Of a stretch of 40,375 nucleotides of DNA, positions 39,014 to 40,375 are shown piece by piece. The stretch's first letter is position 1; every line of letters begins with the position of its first letter. The position numbers and the translations under genes are program-made. The notes under the pieces were generated by a model that saw nothing but the letters and a program-made list of their open reading frames with translations, was not told the origin of the DNA and made no database searches. Source of the DNA: Candidatus Uhrbacteria bacterium (lineage in GTDB: Bacteria > Patescibacteriota > Patescibacteriia > UBA9934 > GWF2-40-263); NCBI GenBank assembly GCA_016235605.1, contig JACRJW010000078.1:1-40375 (forward strand), read 5' to 3'.

Positions 39014-39035
39014 GGATGCTCCAGGACGAGGAGGG

Positions 39036-39064
39036 AGACTAGCATGAAGACAAATGGAGTTCAA
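39036..39064 (-). promoter_or_regulatory. Sigma70 promoter of the three-gene cassette
   Basis: Minus strand TTGAAC-17-TAGTCT with TG extension, 2 nt inside the right inverted repeat. Confidence 0.65.
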
Positions 39065-39180
39065 GAAATTCCCGATTCCGGATCTGACCCCGCATCAGCT
39101 GAAGTTGGCGCTTCCAAGCTCCTGCAACGATTTCAGGTGTGCTACGATATACCTGATGCAAGGTCGAACGATTAAAAATT

Positions 39181-39813
39181 ATGGAAAACGAAACGGAGGT
39201 GATAGCCCATGCACAACGTGATCCAGAGGCGTTCGGCCGGTTGTACGATACGTACTACCAGCCGACCTTTGGCTTTCTGTATAGTCGCACGGGCAACGCC
39301 GAGGTGGCGAAGGATTTGGTGAGTGAGACGTTTTTTCAAGCTCTGAAGAATCTGCATCGTTACAAACCGCGCAAGGGCGCCAGTTTCAAATCCTGGCTGT
39401 TCGCGATCGCGGTGGCGCAAATAGGCAACTACTATCGTAGCCGCTCTCGGTACCTCGAAGTCACCACAGACGAAGCGCCAGAGATCATCGGTCGCGAAGA
39501 CTTTCGGCCAGATGTTGCCTACCGCATGGGCGAAGACGCGACAGAGCTCGAGGGAAAGATCGAACTGCTCCGGCGCATGATGGCGAAGTTGAACCAACGA
39601 CAGCAGGATATTTTGACCTTACGATTTTTTTCACACATGAGCGTCCCCGACATTGCCGGTACGCTCTCCATGAAAGAAGGGACGATTAAATCACATATCC
39701 ATCGGGCACTGAAAAAATTACAGGTGCTTATGCTCTCTGAGAGAGAGGGAGCCATGCAGGAGGCGCAACCGCAATCAAAAAAAGAATATGAACCGAGAAC
39801 CGCTCAAAATTGA
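39181..39813 (+). CDS. ECF-type RNA polymerase sigma factor
   Basis: AFGRLYDTY, AKDLVSETF, FKSWLFAIA, region 4 IAGTLSMKEGTIKSHIHRA. Confidence 0.93.
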   Translation: MENETEVIAHAQRDPEAFGRLYDTYYQPTFGFLYSRTGNAEVAKDLVSETFFQALKNLHRYKPRKGASFKSWLFAIAVAQIGNYYRSRSRYLEVTTDEAPEIIGREDFRPDVAYRMGEDATELEGKIELLRRMMAKLNQRQQDILTLRFFSHMSVPDIAGTLSMKEGTIKSHIHRALKKLQVLMLSEREGAMQEAQPQSKKEYEPRTAQN

Positions 39814-40222
39814 AGAGATCCTCCAGTTGATGGAACGTGTTGATGTCCCTGAGGATACGACTCATCGCTACGAGCTTCGTCGCCGTCTTTTGTGCTCGCG
39901 GTTTTTTGAGACGGATCGTGTACCTCACCGTCGTTGGAATCGGTTGCTCACCTATACAGCTCCCTTGCTTGCTGGCGGGATGATGGTGGGTGTGTTCAGT
40001 TTGTTTGCGGTATCGACCTCTGAATCTATCGGGGCTCCCAGCTTGATCTCCTCCAATACCTTTGTGGGCCAGAGAGAGAGTGGACCTAAGCCGACGCTTA
40101 ATGCCTTTCTTTCAAGTTCGTCTGGACCGAGAGTTCAGCTAGCGGATATCGAGACGCTTGTGCCACAGAGGGCCGTGCGGTTTGTTCCTGTGTCCGAACA
40201 CACAGCCGTCTTGACACAGTAG
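39788..40222 (+). CDS. Putative single-TM anti-sigma factor
   Basis: Overlaps the ECF gene 3' end; cytoplasmic ELRRRLL segment, one TM helix, short C-terminal tail. Confidence 0.65.
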   Translation: MNREPLKIEEILQLMERVDVPEDTTHRYELRRRLLCSRFFETDRVPHRRWNRLLTYTAPLLAGGMMVGVFSLFAVSTSESIGAPSLISSNTFVGQRESGPKPTLNAFLSSSSGPRVQLADIETLVPQRAVRFVPVSEHTAVLTQ

Positions 40223-40315
40223 ACTTGTCCTGTGATGTTACAATTGCAGCAATTAGGGTTACCGCATAGCCTCCGTCGAAGCGTACGCTAGTGAAAGGCA
40301 ATAAGCCTTTTATCT

Positions 40316-40375
40316 ATGCAAACACGTCGAGCGGACTCTGAGCTTGTGCGTCTTAAACAAACAGTCCTCGACGAA
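40316..40375 (+). CDS. Possible 5' end of a CDS truncated by the window edge (MQTRRADSELVRLKQTVLDE)
   Basis: Open from ATG 40316 to the end; TG-T-TACAAT promoter-like motif upstream near 40234-40242. Confidence 0.4.
   Translation, partial: MQTRRADSELVRLKQTVLDE

Larger units (their letters stand above)
37528..39091. mobile_element. Putative non-autonomous cargo cassette bounded by 25-bp inverted repeats
   Basis: Left GGGGTCAGGTCCGGAATCGGGAATT (37528-37552); right AATTCCCGATTCCGGATCTGACCCC (39067-39091); 24/25 complementary. Mobility is inferred. Confidence 0.55.

Noticed and set aside
40223-40315. Riboswitch in the leader at the window end
   Set aside because: Only short hairpins (such as AAAGGC-AATAA-GCCTTT) with no recognisable aptamer consensus; downstream context is truncated

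Overview
This window looks like core chromosome of a small-genome bacterium, most consistent with Patescibacteria/CPR (Parcubacteria-like). That assignment is inferred from gene content, short SD-less leaders, a PaaX/Cas2-like ORF and a stand-alone VirD4/HerA-like ATPase operon. Housekeeping genes include cysS, dnaX, dusB, metG, lepA, recJ, rnhA, ligA, gatC/gatA, lgt, dnaG, rpoD, a pilM-pilin-pilD block and three tRNAs (Gln-CTG, CAT, Ser-GGA). Notable accessory features: (i) a 1.56-kb cassette with its own promoter and three genes (hypothetical, HAD hydrolase, GNAT) bounded by 25-bp inverted repeats, with a short gene-less relative of the repeat at 32.3 kb; (ii) a 7-kb sulfur-amino-acid cluster (tRNA-CAT, metG, GCS2-family ligase, metK with a Met-rich N-terminus, AstE/AspA-family hydrolase, Met-gamma-lyase-like enzyme); (iii) a 63-aa protein with classical C2H2 zinc-finger spacing followed by three hairpins at 20-nt periodicity; (iv) several palindromic and 7/8/9-nt tandem micro-repeats lying in frame inside conserved genes, plus two long intergenic hairpins. 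I saw no CRISPR array, rRNA, transposase or integrase. All calls come from reading motifs by eye; no searches were run.
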